NCBI GenBank assembly: GCA_903944345.1
Contig: CAJARJ010000009.1
Location: forward strand, 1,875 to 65,874
DNA: 64,000 nt
Direction: 5' to 3'
DNA from: Candidatus Omnitrophota bacterium
GTDB taxonomy: Bacteria > Omnitrophota > Gorgyraeia > Zapsychrales > Fredricksoniimonadaceae
The position numbers and the translations under genes are program-made. How positions within the stretch are numbered: position 1 is the first letter of the stretch; every line of letters starts with the position of its first letter. Shown here piece after piece: positions 49,364 through 58,038 of this stretch. Below the pieces are notes generated by a model. The model searched no databases. It was given only the letters and a program-made list of their open reading frames with translations, and was not told the origin of the DNA.

Positions 49364-50296
49364 CTAACATTCTTCGCCTTCACATTCCCCCTGGTACTCG
49401 TTCTCCGGCTGATAGAAAGGCGGTTCATAATCCTCATATGAATTCTGAAAAGAATCGTCATAGGAGTCATGTGTATCTCTGATTTCATCCAGAGTTTCCA
49501 TCGCCTTGATCTCATCCACAAACTCCTTGGTCTCCGCAACAATTTCTGTTGTCTGTAACTCTTCGGAGATTTGTTCTATCTCTTCAACAATCTCCTGCTC
49601 ACCCGGGAGGTCGTCCTGCGGCTCCTGTTGATCAGGGAGTTCGCGGGTTTCTCTACCTTCACTATGCTCAAATACTCGCTCGAAAACCCTGTCCGAACGC
49701 CGGAAATCCCTGTCGGTAATCTGAGAGAACGACCCCGGCTCCGAAAAACGTTCAATCAGGGTCTTGAAACCTTCCGGCAACATCAGTTCCGCAAGCTGCT
49801 GGTTATCCTCATCAAATGTTTTAATAAATACCGTATCCTTAATAGCCATGACTTCATCGGTGTCTTTCTCAACATAAACAGACAAACTGCTGCCTCTTAC
49901 CCCGGCGATAGCCGAAGGAGTATTAATTTCAAAACTTAAACCAGACTTGATGTTTTCAAGATTCGCATAAACACGGCCTTTGGAAAGATCCAGCCGATCA
50001 ATGATTCCTGGAGCAGAAGAATTCAGCACAACCTGAGTCTTTTGCTCGATTCTGATCGTATTTTTCTTGTCAGTATCCAGGGCAATATCAACCAGAGAAT
50101 TCCTTGCGGTACGAACAACGTCGCCTATCCCCAGCTGCATGCCAGTTTCGACTTTCTTCCAATCGCTTGCCTGCGCAGACATGGTCTGGACACTCCCCTG
50201 CACAAAGACAACTTCTGCCGCGAAAGAAATCATCTGGAATATGGCAACAAGCACAAGCGCCAGAATTCCCGAAAGAAAAGTTTGCTGTTTTTTCAT
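49364..50296 (-). CDS. Exported FecR-domain protein with acidic C-terminal tail
   Basis: Signal peptide, GDVVRTARNS, L..GRV, FEINTPSAIAGVRGS; last ~95 aa very Glu/Asp-rich. Confidence 0.85.
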   Translation of the reverse strand: MKKQQTFLSGILALVLVAIFQMISFAAEVVFVQGSVQTMSAQASDWKKVETGMQLGIGDVVRTARNSLVDIALDTDKKNTIRIEQKTQVVLNSSAPGIIDRLDLSKGRVYANLENIKSGLSFEINTPSAIAGVRGSSLSVYVEKDTDEVMAIKDTVFIKTFDEDNQQLAELMLPEGFKTLIERFSEPGSFSQITDRDFRRSDRVFERVFEHSEGRETRELPDQQEPQDDLPGEQEIVEEIEQISEELQTTEIVAETKEFVDEIKAMETLDEIRDTHDSYDDSFQNSYEDYEPPFYQPENEYQGECEGEEC

Positions 50297-50352
50297 ACCA
50301 GAGGCTCCCTTTTATTCAAGATATCAAATCCATTCTACCGCTCTTCGTATCG

Positions 50353-52122
50353 TTAGAAACCCTTTGTGACCGAGAACCAGGTATGGGTATGATCCCCATC
50401 AACCGACTGAATCTCCGGAACCAACGGGAACCCGCAATCCACACGAACAGAGACATTCTGTTCAGGTACGTTGTATTTAAACCCTACTCCAGCTGATGTC
50501 AGCGTATTAGCCTTATCATCACCCTCTTTAGGACTCTTCAATGCGCCATAACTCCAATCAACAAAAGTGAACAATCTTAAGGAATCATATATCTTGGTCT
50601 TTGTAGAAAACGGCACATACGCAGAACGGGAGAGAAAGTACGGAGGAAATTCCAGACCGACATTCATGGCATGACCGTTATCAGCCGGGAACTGGGTTCG
50701 CGGATAGCCGCGATTGTCGATAACTCCGTTAAATCCGCCCATACTGAATGAATTGACACCGGTAAGGGTCGCCGATGTTATCTGCCAACGGGCTTTAGCT
50801 GTAAGATCTACACCTGGTATCAATTTCTGTCGCCTGGCAACAGTTAAAAGATTCTTAACAAAATCTCCCTTGGCTCCCGCGACAGAAGCAGTATCTGATT
50901 TGCGCGGAGTTCCGGCCAGAAAATCCGGGATGCCTTGCTGAAGATCGTTTGTAATAACCCAACGTCCATACTTATCCGCACGATTCAAGGCCAGATCCCA
51001 CTTGGCAACACGATACTCATCCCTTTTAGCGGGACTATCGTAATCCTGATAAGGCTTATACCACCAGATATCAAAATATGTAAACCCATAGCTGGAAACC
51101 AGCTCAACATCAGGTTCATTAATCAACGATTGATAGAACCAGAAATAAAACTTTCTGGCACGTTTCTCAAAGTCAGTTTCCTGATTGTCCCTGGCGTAAT
51201 AATCTTCAGATTTATAAGGCAGCAGATAAAACTGAAAACGCCAGATATCGTTGAGCGGAATACTATAGTCAAAATCAACAATTTTATGCGCATCGGCTTC
51301 GGCCCACTCAACTTTGGCGGTTAACGTATCATCATGGCCGGAGATGTTATTATGCGATACAAAAGTTTTGTAACGATAATACAGGATAGTATCGGCACCG
51401 TAATTGTCTGCCTGGAGAGTAACATGCACCGGCGAACGCTCTTTGATGTTCAGGACAATATTAGTATCCCCGGTAGATGTATCTGGTTCCAGAGAGATGC
51501 TGGCTTTGCGGTCCTGCGCCTTGTTCATTCTAAAAACATCCAAATTCAAATGCTTGAAATTGAAAATTGCTCCTTCTTCCTGAGAAATTTTTTTTCTAAG
51601 AAGCTCGGTTGAAAAAACCTTGTTACCCCTGATTTCAATCTTTCCAACCCGCCCCTCAACAACCACAATCTCCAGAACGCCATCAGGAAGCCGGTCAGGT
51701 TTGATATAAGCATAAGAGGTAATATAACCTTCCCGACTATAAGCGCGGTTAACCAGATCGGCACAACGGCGCATGTCGCGGGCAGAAATTTCTTTTCCTT
51801 CGTAATCGGCTTTCAGGCTGGCCAAGGCTTCATCTGCCAGCAAAGTAGAACCGGTCACAACAACCTCGCGGATTTTCGTTTTTCCTTCAGGAAGCTCATA
51901 ACGGGGAATCATGGATTCCCTGGTCTTGAGAATGGTCACTGCAGGAGACTTGGCAGCCTTCTCGGAAAGCATGGTCGAAACCTGAAACGATTGAGGATCA
52001 TCCTCACCAGCACCCTCATCATACGCGCTAGCACAGGGAGCTAGCAATAAAATACAGGACAGAAAAACAACCGGAACAGCTAGAAATCGGCAAAGTTTGT
52101 TCCGCACGCACATATCTGTCAT
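50353..52122 (-). CDS. ShlB/FhaC/HecB (TpsB, Omp85 superfamily) POTRA + beta-barrel protein
   Basis: Y..EGYITSYAY.....GVLEIVVVEGRV POTRA, DNYG, NRGYP motif, SAGVGF, C-terminal F; AGGAGG RBS. Confidence 0.88.
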   Translation of the reverse strand: MTDMCVRNKLCRFLAVPVVFLSCILLLAPCASAYDEGAGEDDPQSFQVSTMLSEKAAKSPAVTILKTRESMIPRYELPEGKTKIREVVVTGSTLLADEALASLKADYEGKEISARDMRRCADLVNRAYSREGYITSYAYIKPDRLPDGVLEIVVVEGRVGKIEIRGNKVFSTELLRKKISQEEGAIFNFKHLNLDVFRMNKAQDRKASISLEPDTSTGDTNIVLNIKERSPVHVTLQADNYGADTILYYRYKTFVSHNNISGHDDTLTAKVEWAEADAHKIVDFDYSIPLNDIWRFQFYLLPYKSEDYYARDNQETDFEKRARKFYFWFYQSLINEPDVELVSSYGFTYFDIWWYKPYQDYDSPAKRDEYRVAKWDLALNRADKYGRWVITNDLQQGIPDFLAGTPRKSDTASVAGAKGDFVKNLLTVARRQKLIPGVDLTAKARWQITSATLTGVNSFSMGGFNGVIDNRGYPRTQFPADNGHAMNVGLEFPPYFLSRSAYVPFSTKTKIYDSLRLFTFVDWSYGALKSPKEGDDKANTLTSAGVGFKYNVPEQNVSVRVDCGFPLVPEIQSVDGDHTHTWFSVTKGF

Positions 52123-52365
52123 AAATACTTCCTCCTGGCGTTTCTTACCCAACAAAAAAATTAGTAATGTGCACTAGATGCCTTATATCAATAAAACCGC
52201 ACACATAAAAACACGGCCTTAAGTCAAGACAACCTTTTTAAAGAAGAAATCAAACTGCTATGTGGAGTTGCTATATAATACCTGATATGTTACAGGTGTT
52301 ATCCTAAATTTTCTTTTCATTTATGTCCAGAAATATTATTAAATTCCTGTTTTCCTGAAACCGAT

Positions 52366-53226
52366 CTATGATTCACTGCCCACTCCGAACTCGAAAATAA
52401 CATAATACTGCATCTGGTCATCATCGGTAAACCACTCCCCGTCCGGGCCAACAGATATATATTTATGATCTTCAGCCTTGTTCGCGTCAGCGCCATAAAG
52501 AGTTTCTTTCGCCGAAGAAGCAACGTCGTCGGCTGTAAACCATTCCCCGTCCGTACCCTTACCATCATGATCAACATGATACTCAAGCATTTTAGTCATT
52601 TGCCCCGAAGCAGAATATTCGAACCGATGGTACTTTTCCAGCTCATCCCCCGTGTAATCCTCGGCCCGAACCTGCTGTCCATACTCATCATAGGAGTACA
52701 AAATCTTGCAGGTTTTCCTTTTATCAGAATAGATTGTTGTCTTGCTGGACTTGCGTCCTTGCTGATCGTATTCGTAAGTAGTTGTTGAAAGAAGCTCATA
52801 TTTCTTTCTTCTGGATTGTCCATCAAAAGACTTTTCTTTTATCAACTGGCCATCAAAACCGTATTCCATAACCTGAAACTCTTTTAACTTGTCATCATAA
52901 GTAAACGGAATACGATCCTCACCTGGTAAATAACGAAAACTGCGCAGAAGTCTTCCGGTTTTGGCATCACGTTCAATCTGGTAATGCTCGTAAACCATGT
53001 CGTCGTCGGAAAACCACACCTTGTCCGGACCAGCCACATATTTGATCTCTTTGTCCACAACAATATCTACGGTCTTCTCGGCGGGAATTTCCAGTTTCTC
53101 CTCCATGCCGATTTTTCCCACTTCCACCAAAAGATCGTCTATCCCGCGTTCCTGTGAGAACGCCGCCCCAGTAGATAACATAACTGCAAAAACAAGTGCT
53201 GAAATAGAAAAAGCAGTCCGCCTCAT
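52366..53226 (-). CDS. Exported protein with YD-like and GxDxxWFxxDD repeats
   Basis: Signal peptide; YEYDQQG, YSYDEYG and FEYSASG; three GxDxxWFxxDD motifs. Confidence 0.75.
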   Translation of the reverse strand: MRRTAFSISALVFAVMLSTGAAFSQERGIDDLLVEVGKIGMEEKLEIPAEKTVDIVVDKEIKYVAGPDKVWFSDDDMVYEHYQIERDAKTGRLLRSFRYLPGEDRIPFTYDDKLKEFQVMEYGFDGQLIKEKSFDGQSRRKKYELLSTTTYEYDQQGRKSSKTTIYSDKRKTCKILYSYDEYGQQVRAEDYTGDELEKYHRFEYSASGQMTKMLEYHVDHDGKGTDGEWFTADDVASSAKETLYGADANKAEDHKYISVGPDGEWFTDDDQMQYYVIFEFGVGSES

Positions 53227-54314
53227 TTGCCGCTCCCCTCCGGTTCTGTAATACGGCTCAAGGTTGAGGCATCCGCGGTGACTTTAACCACACGAAAACC
53301 AATAACCTGCCGACTTAAGAAATCGTAACTGCGAAAACTGTTGTCATAGATTTCCGGATGCATAACCGTATCCATAATGAACGGGCGACCCATTTCCTTG
53401 CGATATTCGGTATCCAGAAGAAAACTTCCCCCGCGCAAAACCCTTGCAGCCTGAAACTTCTTGAAAACAGGCAGGTTAAAATAAAGTTTCTGACCAGGCC
53501 CAATCGGGTCTGTCTCATTCTCGGAACCAGTATAGGAATCCAGATACCAGTCATTGCACCATTCGGCTACATTCCCAACAAGATCCGTGATCCCAAGAGT
53601 ATTATCCCCCTCAGGCGAGAAAGCCCCAACCGGAAGAGTATCAACATCCACCGGATTCTTGACCTTGTGTCCGGCATTGGCCTTCTTTTCAAAACCTTTG
53701 CCTTCCCCCCAGGGAAACGGACGACGATCAGAGAAACTGGCGGCGTACTCCCACTCGGCCTCAGTAGGAAGACGATAACCTGTCGCACCATAAACCTGAG
53801 CGGACCAGTCATCCAGATTATAAAGAGGGGTTAAACCTTCACTCTCACTTAACATATTACAATAGAAGGCTGCGCCATACCAGCTGACCTCGACCACGGG
53901 ATAATCTTCTTTCCCGGAATGCGCCCGAAAACGGCCATTTTCATATGTGATCTGGGAATGTTCGTCAAAAATATCCTGATATTTCTGTGGCGACCGGGAA
54001 ACCCCTTTTGCCTCTCTTTTCTTTGAACTTTCGGACAAAACTGTTTTGTCCAGATAACCTTTCGACAAGGCATAGTTAAGTGCATCCGCATACTGCTGGT
54101 TGGTTATCTCGTATTTTCCCATATGGAAATCCTTGCTGATATGGACAGTATGCACGGGACGAGCATTTGAGAAACGCGCATTGCCCATCTGAAATGAACC
54201 GGCAGGCACCCGGACAAGTTCCGGAGCCTGCAGCTGAGCTTGTGAAATTCTGCTATAAAACAAGAGGCCGAAAAATAGCATGAGAACGGCAAAAGCAAAA
54301 GACATCTTTTTCAT
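53223..54314 (-). CDS. Exported SUMF1/FGE-sulfatase-fold protein
   Basis: Signal peptide, FQMG, YEITNQQY, PVVEVSW, YRLPTEAEWEYAA, GNVAEW, RGGSF and GFRV. Confidence 0.88.
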   Translation of the reverse strand: MKKMSFAFAVLMLFFGLLFYSRISQAQLQAPELVRVPAGSFQMGNARFSNARPVHTVHISKDFHMGKYEITNQQYADALNYALSKGYLDKTVLSESSKKREAKGVSRSPQKYQDIFDEHSQITYENGRFRAHSGKEDYPVVEVSWYGAAFYCNMLSESEGLTPLYNLDDWSAQVYGATGYRLPTEAEWEYAASFSDRRPFPWGEGKGFEKKANAGHKVKNPVDVDTLPVGAFSPEGDNTLGITDLVGNVAEWCNDWYLDSYTGSENETDPIGPGQKLYFNLPVFKKFQAARVLRGGSFLLDTEYRKEMGRPFIMDTVMHPEIYDNSFRSYDFLSRQVIGFRVVKVTADASTLSRITEPEGSGK

Positions 54315-54375
54315 ATAACTCCTCTTGATTGAAAGGTCATGCCTCGATCACAACAAATCTACCCTGCCCAAGAAA

Positions 54376-55995
54376 CTAGAATCCCAGACGGCAACCACTA
54401 TTCTTGCCATCCTCGCTCTTGGGAAAGTTCGCGGCAAAACGCAGCGACACCCTTAAATATTTAGGTTCCGGACTGGACCAGACTCCTCCGCGATTACCTG
54501 CACCTGCCCCGTCTTTTCCGGGCCAGTTGGATACATTCGCAAAACCGTCCTGAGTCAAGGCACCATCTCCTCTTTGAGCAACAAAGCTCCGGCCCAAAGT
54601 ATGTCCAATGGTCACGCAACGCTCCCAAAGGTTTCCGCTCAAATTCCGAACTCCATAATAAGACGCCCCGGTGTTGATCCTCTCGCTCACATCCCCCTGA
54701 AGCGTATTCTCAAAAATCTCTCCGCTCACCGGCCCCTCGAAACCCGGATTATCAGGAGCAGTTTTCTTGCCGACATCAAAAGGAGCAATCCCGCCACCAA
54801 AACAGGCATTAACCACCCCTTTCTGGGGCACCTTCTTTTCATATCCGCTGCCATCCGCCCCGTCAAACGTATCGACACGACCAATCTTTTCGATATCTTC
54901 CATCGCAACCCCCCAGGACAATTCGTTAACCAGAGGCTTGCCGGGACCGCGTGCGGCCTTTTCGTATTCCAATTCGGTAATCGGACGAAGACCGGCCCAG
55001 TCGGCTATAGCCGCAATATTCGACCAGGACATAAAATTGACCGCACGTGCCGGCGCATACGTATAAAATTTGACCGGATCAATTGTGCCATTCCCTTTTT
55101 TGGCAGTCACAATGGCATTACGCAGATGCTCTTCTGCGCTGTTGGTTTTGACATAATAGTTCTTGATCTCGTCCTGGCTGATGTCAGCCTCGACCATGCT
55201 TTGCTGCTGCTTGCGATCCAAAGTATTGAGGAAGTCCACAAATTGCTGGGAGCTCAGCTCATACTTCATAATCCAGAAAGGATCAAAACCCTTGGGGAAA
55301 GCTGCCGGAATTGTGAACGGAACATCTTCCCGGCTGCGCGGATTATCCTGGTCGCAGTAAAGGGCCCCGTCAACCTTATCGACAAGAATAGAATCTTCGG
55401 ATTTAATCTGATAAGAGCCTTTATCAGGATATGAATAGAAACTGTTATCGGGGCCATTGGGGCCTTTGGGATCTCCTACATAGAATTCCCCGCGCGGCAC
55501 ATGGACCATTTCCAGTCCCATCACCTGAACCGGGGACTGCATTAACTGGGCATCAGAGATGCCTTCTTTAGAATAGTCCCACAATATCCGAACATTTTTT
55601 GAAAGGGAGTTTCCATTACCTTTGGTTCTAAAAAGAAACCCTCCGGTTTTCTCCTCAGGAATCCACATCCCCATATCTGCACCATCCCCCCTGGAAAACA
55701 TGTCCGGCGTATGATCAAGATAATCAAAAGAACCCGCGCTGGCTGTCTTGAGACTCACATGCTTCCAAAGCCCCTCCGGGGTCTTATACTTGGCGAAAAA
55801 CCAGACCCCGTCAGAATTGGTCTCGTTCTTCCAGGAATTCTCCCAGACGATATTAAATTGCAGCGTGGCAATCTTGTCCTGGGTATTGACCTCACTGATC
55901 ATCACCTTGTCAATCTTCAGATGACTGGCAAATGCCTGCCCCGAAAGAGCTAAAAAAACCGCCGAAACAATCAGGAACAAAAACAATTTCTTCAT
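54376..55995 (-). CDS. Exported SUMF1/FGE-sulfatase-fold protein with N-terminal extension
   Basis: Signal peptide (ATG at 55995, AAGGAG RBS), WENSWK, MKYELS, GLRPITELEYEKAARG, LSGNLWE and RGG.W. Confidence 0.82.
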   Translation of the reverse strand: MKKLFLFLIVSAVFLALSGQAFASHLKIDKVMISEVNTQDKIATLQFNIVWENSWKNETNSDGVWFFAKYKTPEGLWKHVSLKTASAGSFDYLDHTPDMFSRGDGADMGMWIPEEKTGGFLFRTKGNGNSLSKNVRILWDYSKEGISDAQLMQSPVQVMGLEMVHVPRGEFYVGDPKGPNGPDNSFYSYPDKGSYQIKSEDSILVDKVDGALYCDQDNPRSREDVPFTIPAAFPKGFDPFWIMKYELSSQQFVDFLNTLDRKQQQSMVEADISQDEIKNYYVKTNSAEEHLRNAIVTAKKGNGTIDPVKFYTYAPARAVNFMSWSNIAAIADWAGLRPITELEYEKAARGPGKPLVNELSWGVAMEDIEKIGRVDTFDGADGSGYEKKVPQKGVVNACFGGGIAPFDVGKKTAPDNPGFEGPVSGEIFENTLQGDVSERINTGASYYGVRNLSGNLWERCVTIGHTLGRSFVAQRGDGALTQDGFANVSNWPGKDGAGAGNRGGVWSSPEPKYLRVSLRFAANFPKSEDGKNSGCRLGF

Positions 55996-56020
55996 AACGT
56001 CTCCTTCTAAAGAACAAATT

Positions 56021-57448
56021 TTAATGATGACCCGGGACTTTGACTGCCGCATACTCCTTAAACCCTCCCTGACGCACAGATTTGATCGCACTGACAAGCG
56101 AAAAAACAGAAGCAACCGCCAGCGCAAAAGCCAGAAAATTGAATTGTGCCCGAAAAAGATCCTGTCCCGGGAAAGAAGAAGCCATTTTCAGGATAACCGG
56201 AGACAAAAATTGTCCCAGGTAAATTCCTACGCTTACAACCGCCATGGAAAAAGCACGGGCAGAATCCGGTGTGACTTTGGCCGCGCGCAAAAGAAGAAGC
56301 GGCATCAGCACCCCGGAACTAAAACCTATACATAACATGGAAATGAAAACTCCTGGCAAAGAAGCTGTCGAACCCAGAAGCATATACCCGACGGCCATGG
56401 AAGCGATCCCTATTACCCCGCAAAAAGGACCCAGAACGCGCAAAAGAGTCGCCAACACCACTCCGGCCACAACCCCAACAATGGTCATCGTGGAAAGAAA
56501 GAAACCCGCAATCCCGGGACGGCCTATTCTTTCTGCCGAAATAACCAAGCCTTCCGGTGTTTTCTTGACTATATAACTGCGGTTGTGATCGGTTATTTTC
56601 CATCTCTTGCCGTCTTCTTCCACCAAAAATACCGCCTCCCCGGAAATATTGATACCGTTCTCCCGGAAAGAAGCAACGGTTGTTGACGAGATTGTTCCAG
56701 AAACCAGATGTGCCTCAAGCTCCGCTCTATCTTTAAACAGAGGGTTGCTGCTTGTATACATCCGGGGTTCATTCTCGATGAACATGGCCAGACTGGTTGG
56801 CGCTGCATAAAAAGCCACCATCATCAACGCCCCCAGCAATGCGCACCAGAAAACCTCCAGCGGCAACTTTGCCTTGGCTGCGCCCGTAACCGGCTTGATC
56901 TCGGGTTCAGGCAGCCAAACCATAACCATAACCATAATCACAAGGGATAAAGCATAAACACCAAAAGAGTACCGCCAGCTCATGCACGCCAGCCAACCGG
57001 AAAGCAAAAGAAAAACAACTCCGCCAAAATGCGAAACCGATCCGGACAACCCCATCATCCGTGCCCGCTCTTCTTTCTGGCAGAAATCGGCAATCAGGCT
57101 GATCGAAAGTGGAATAATAAGTCCTACCCCAACGCCAAAAAGAGCCCGGATCACCAACAACTGAGGTACAGAATTTGCCAGTCCGCCACCTACCCCTCCC
57201 AGAAAATAAATAACCAGCCCAATCAAAAGAATCTGCTTTTTCTTCATTCGTGTGGCCAGCCATCCTCCCAGCAAACTAAAAGGGACAATCAACAAAGACG
57301 GCAAGGTCAAAATCAATTTAATAAGAGTCGGATCCGTACCCGGAAAAGCCTGACTGATTTTGGCCAGAGCAGGCGAAATTGCGGCCGAGGCCATAACTGT
57401 CAAAAGAGATATCGACAAAATACTGGTTTTAACAAGAAGATCGTTCAT
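56021..57448 (-). CDS. MFS transporter with an ~80-aa soluble loop insertion
   Basis: About 12 hydrophobic segments, RALFGVGVG, ERARMMG, WRYSF; hydrophilic insert at about aa 228-307. Confidence 0.88.
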   Translation of the reverse strand: MNDLLVKTSILSISLLTVMASAAISPALAKISQAFPGTDPTLIKLILTLPSLLIVPFSLLGGWLATRMKKKQILLIGLVIYFLGGVGGGLANSVPQLLVIRALFGVGVGLIIPLSISLIADFCQKEERARMMGLSGSVSHFGGVVFLLLSGWLACMSWRYSFGVYALSLVIMVMVMVWLPEPEIKPVTGAAKAKLPLEVFWCALLGALMMVAFYAAPTSLAMFIENEPRMYTSSNPLFKDRAELEAHLVSGTISSTTVASFRENGINISGEAVFLVEEDGKRWKITDHNRSYIVKKTPEGLVISAERIGRPGIAGFFLSTMTIVGVVAGVVLATLLRVLGPFCGVIGIASMAVGYMLLGSTASLPGVFISMLCIGFSSGVLMPLLLLRAAKVTPDSARAFSMAVVSVGIYLGQFLSPVILKMASSFPGQDLFRAQFNFLAFALAVASVFSLVSAIKSVRQGGFKEYAAVKVPGHH

Positions 57449-58038
57449 TTCCCTCTCCCCTTAAGCTGTTGAAGCAGGGCCAAACCAAAAGCATCCGCCG
57501 AATCCGGACCGTCTGCGGTAATGATCTTTTCATCTTGTTCGACAGGTTGGGCTGTATACAGCGCCCCGGACTGTTTTAATACCTCCCCTTCCGAGGGATA
57601 CACAGTCGCTCTCTTGTCTTTAAGAACTCCGGCACTGGCCAGAACCCTTGGAGCAAGACAGATCGCACCAATAACTTTGTCTTTTTCAACAGCCTCTTTG
57701 GCCAGACGGTGAGCAACAGGATCATTGATATACTGCATTGCCCCTGAACCCCCGATAAAAACAACCGCATCGTAATTCTCGACATTGACTTCCGTATAAA
57801 GAAGCTCGGGGACAGTCTTCATTCCATTCATTCCGGTCACCTCATCAAGAGTAGAAGATGCGACCGTCACCTCAACCCCCTCGGCTTCAAGGATGGCCAG
57901 TGGGCGGGCGAATTCATCATCCTGAAAGTCTTTCTCGGCTATCAGAAAAACTGCTTTCTGGGGAATCTCCTGGGCACAAACCACACCCGTCCCCATCATC
58001 AGAACAACCATAAAAACAGCAGTTAAAAACTTTTTCAT
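57445..58038 (-). CDS. DJ-1/PfpI family protein with signal peptide
   Basis: MKKFLTAVF...VCA signal, FQDDE, YDAVVFIGGSGA, GAICLAP and IITADGP. Confidence 0.9.
   Translation of the reverse strand: MKKFLTAVFMVVLMMGTGVVCAQEIPQKAVFLIAEKDFQDDEFARPLAILEAEGVEVTVASSTLDEVTGMNGMKTVPELLYTEVNVENYDAVVFIGGSGAMQYINDPVAHRLAKEAVEKDKVIGAICLAPRVLASAGVLKDKRATVYPSEGEVLKQSGALYTAQPVEQDEKIITADGPDSADAFGLALLQQLKGRGK

Noticed and set aside
52366-53226. Rhs/YD polymorphic toxin with TpsB as a CDI system
   Set aside because: Too short, with no RHS core terminus, TPS domain, toxin tip or immunity gene.
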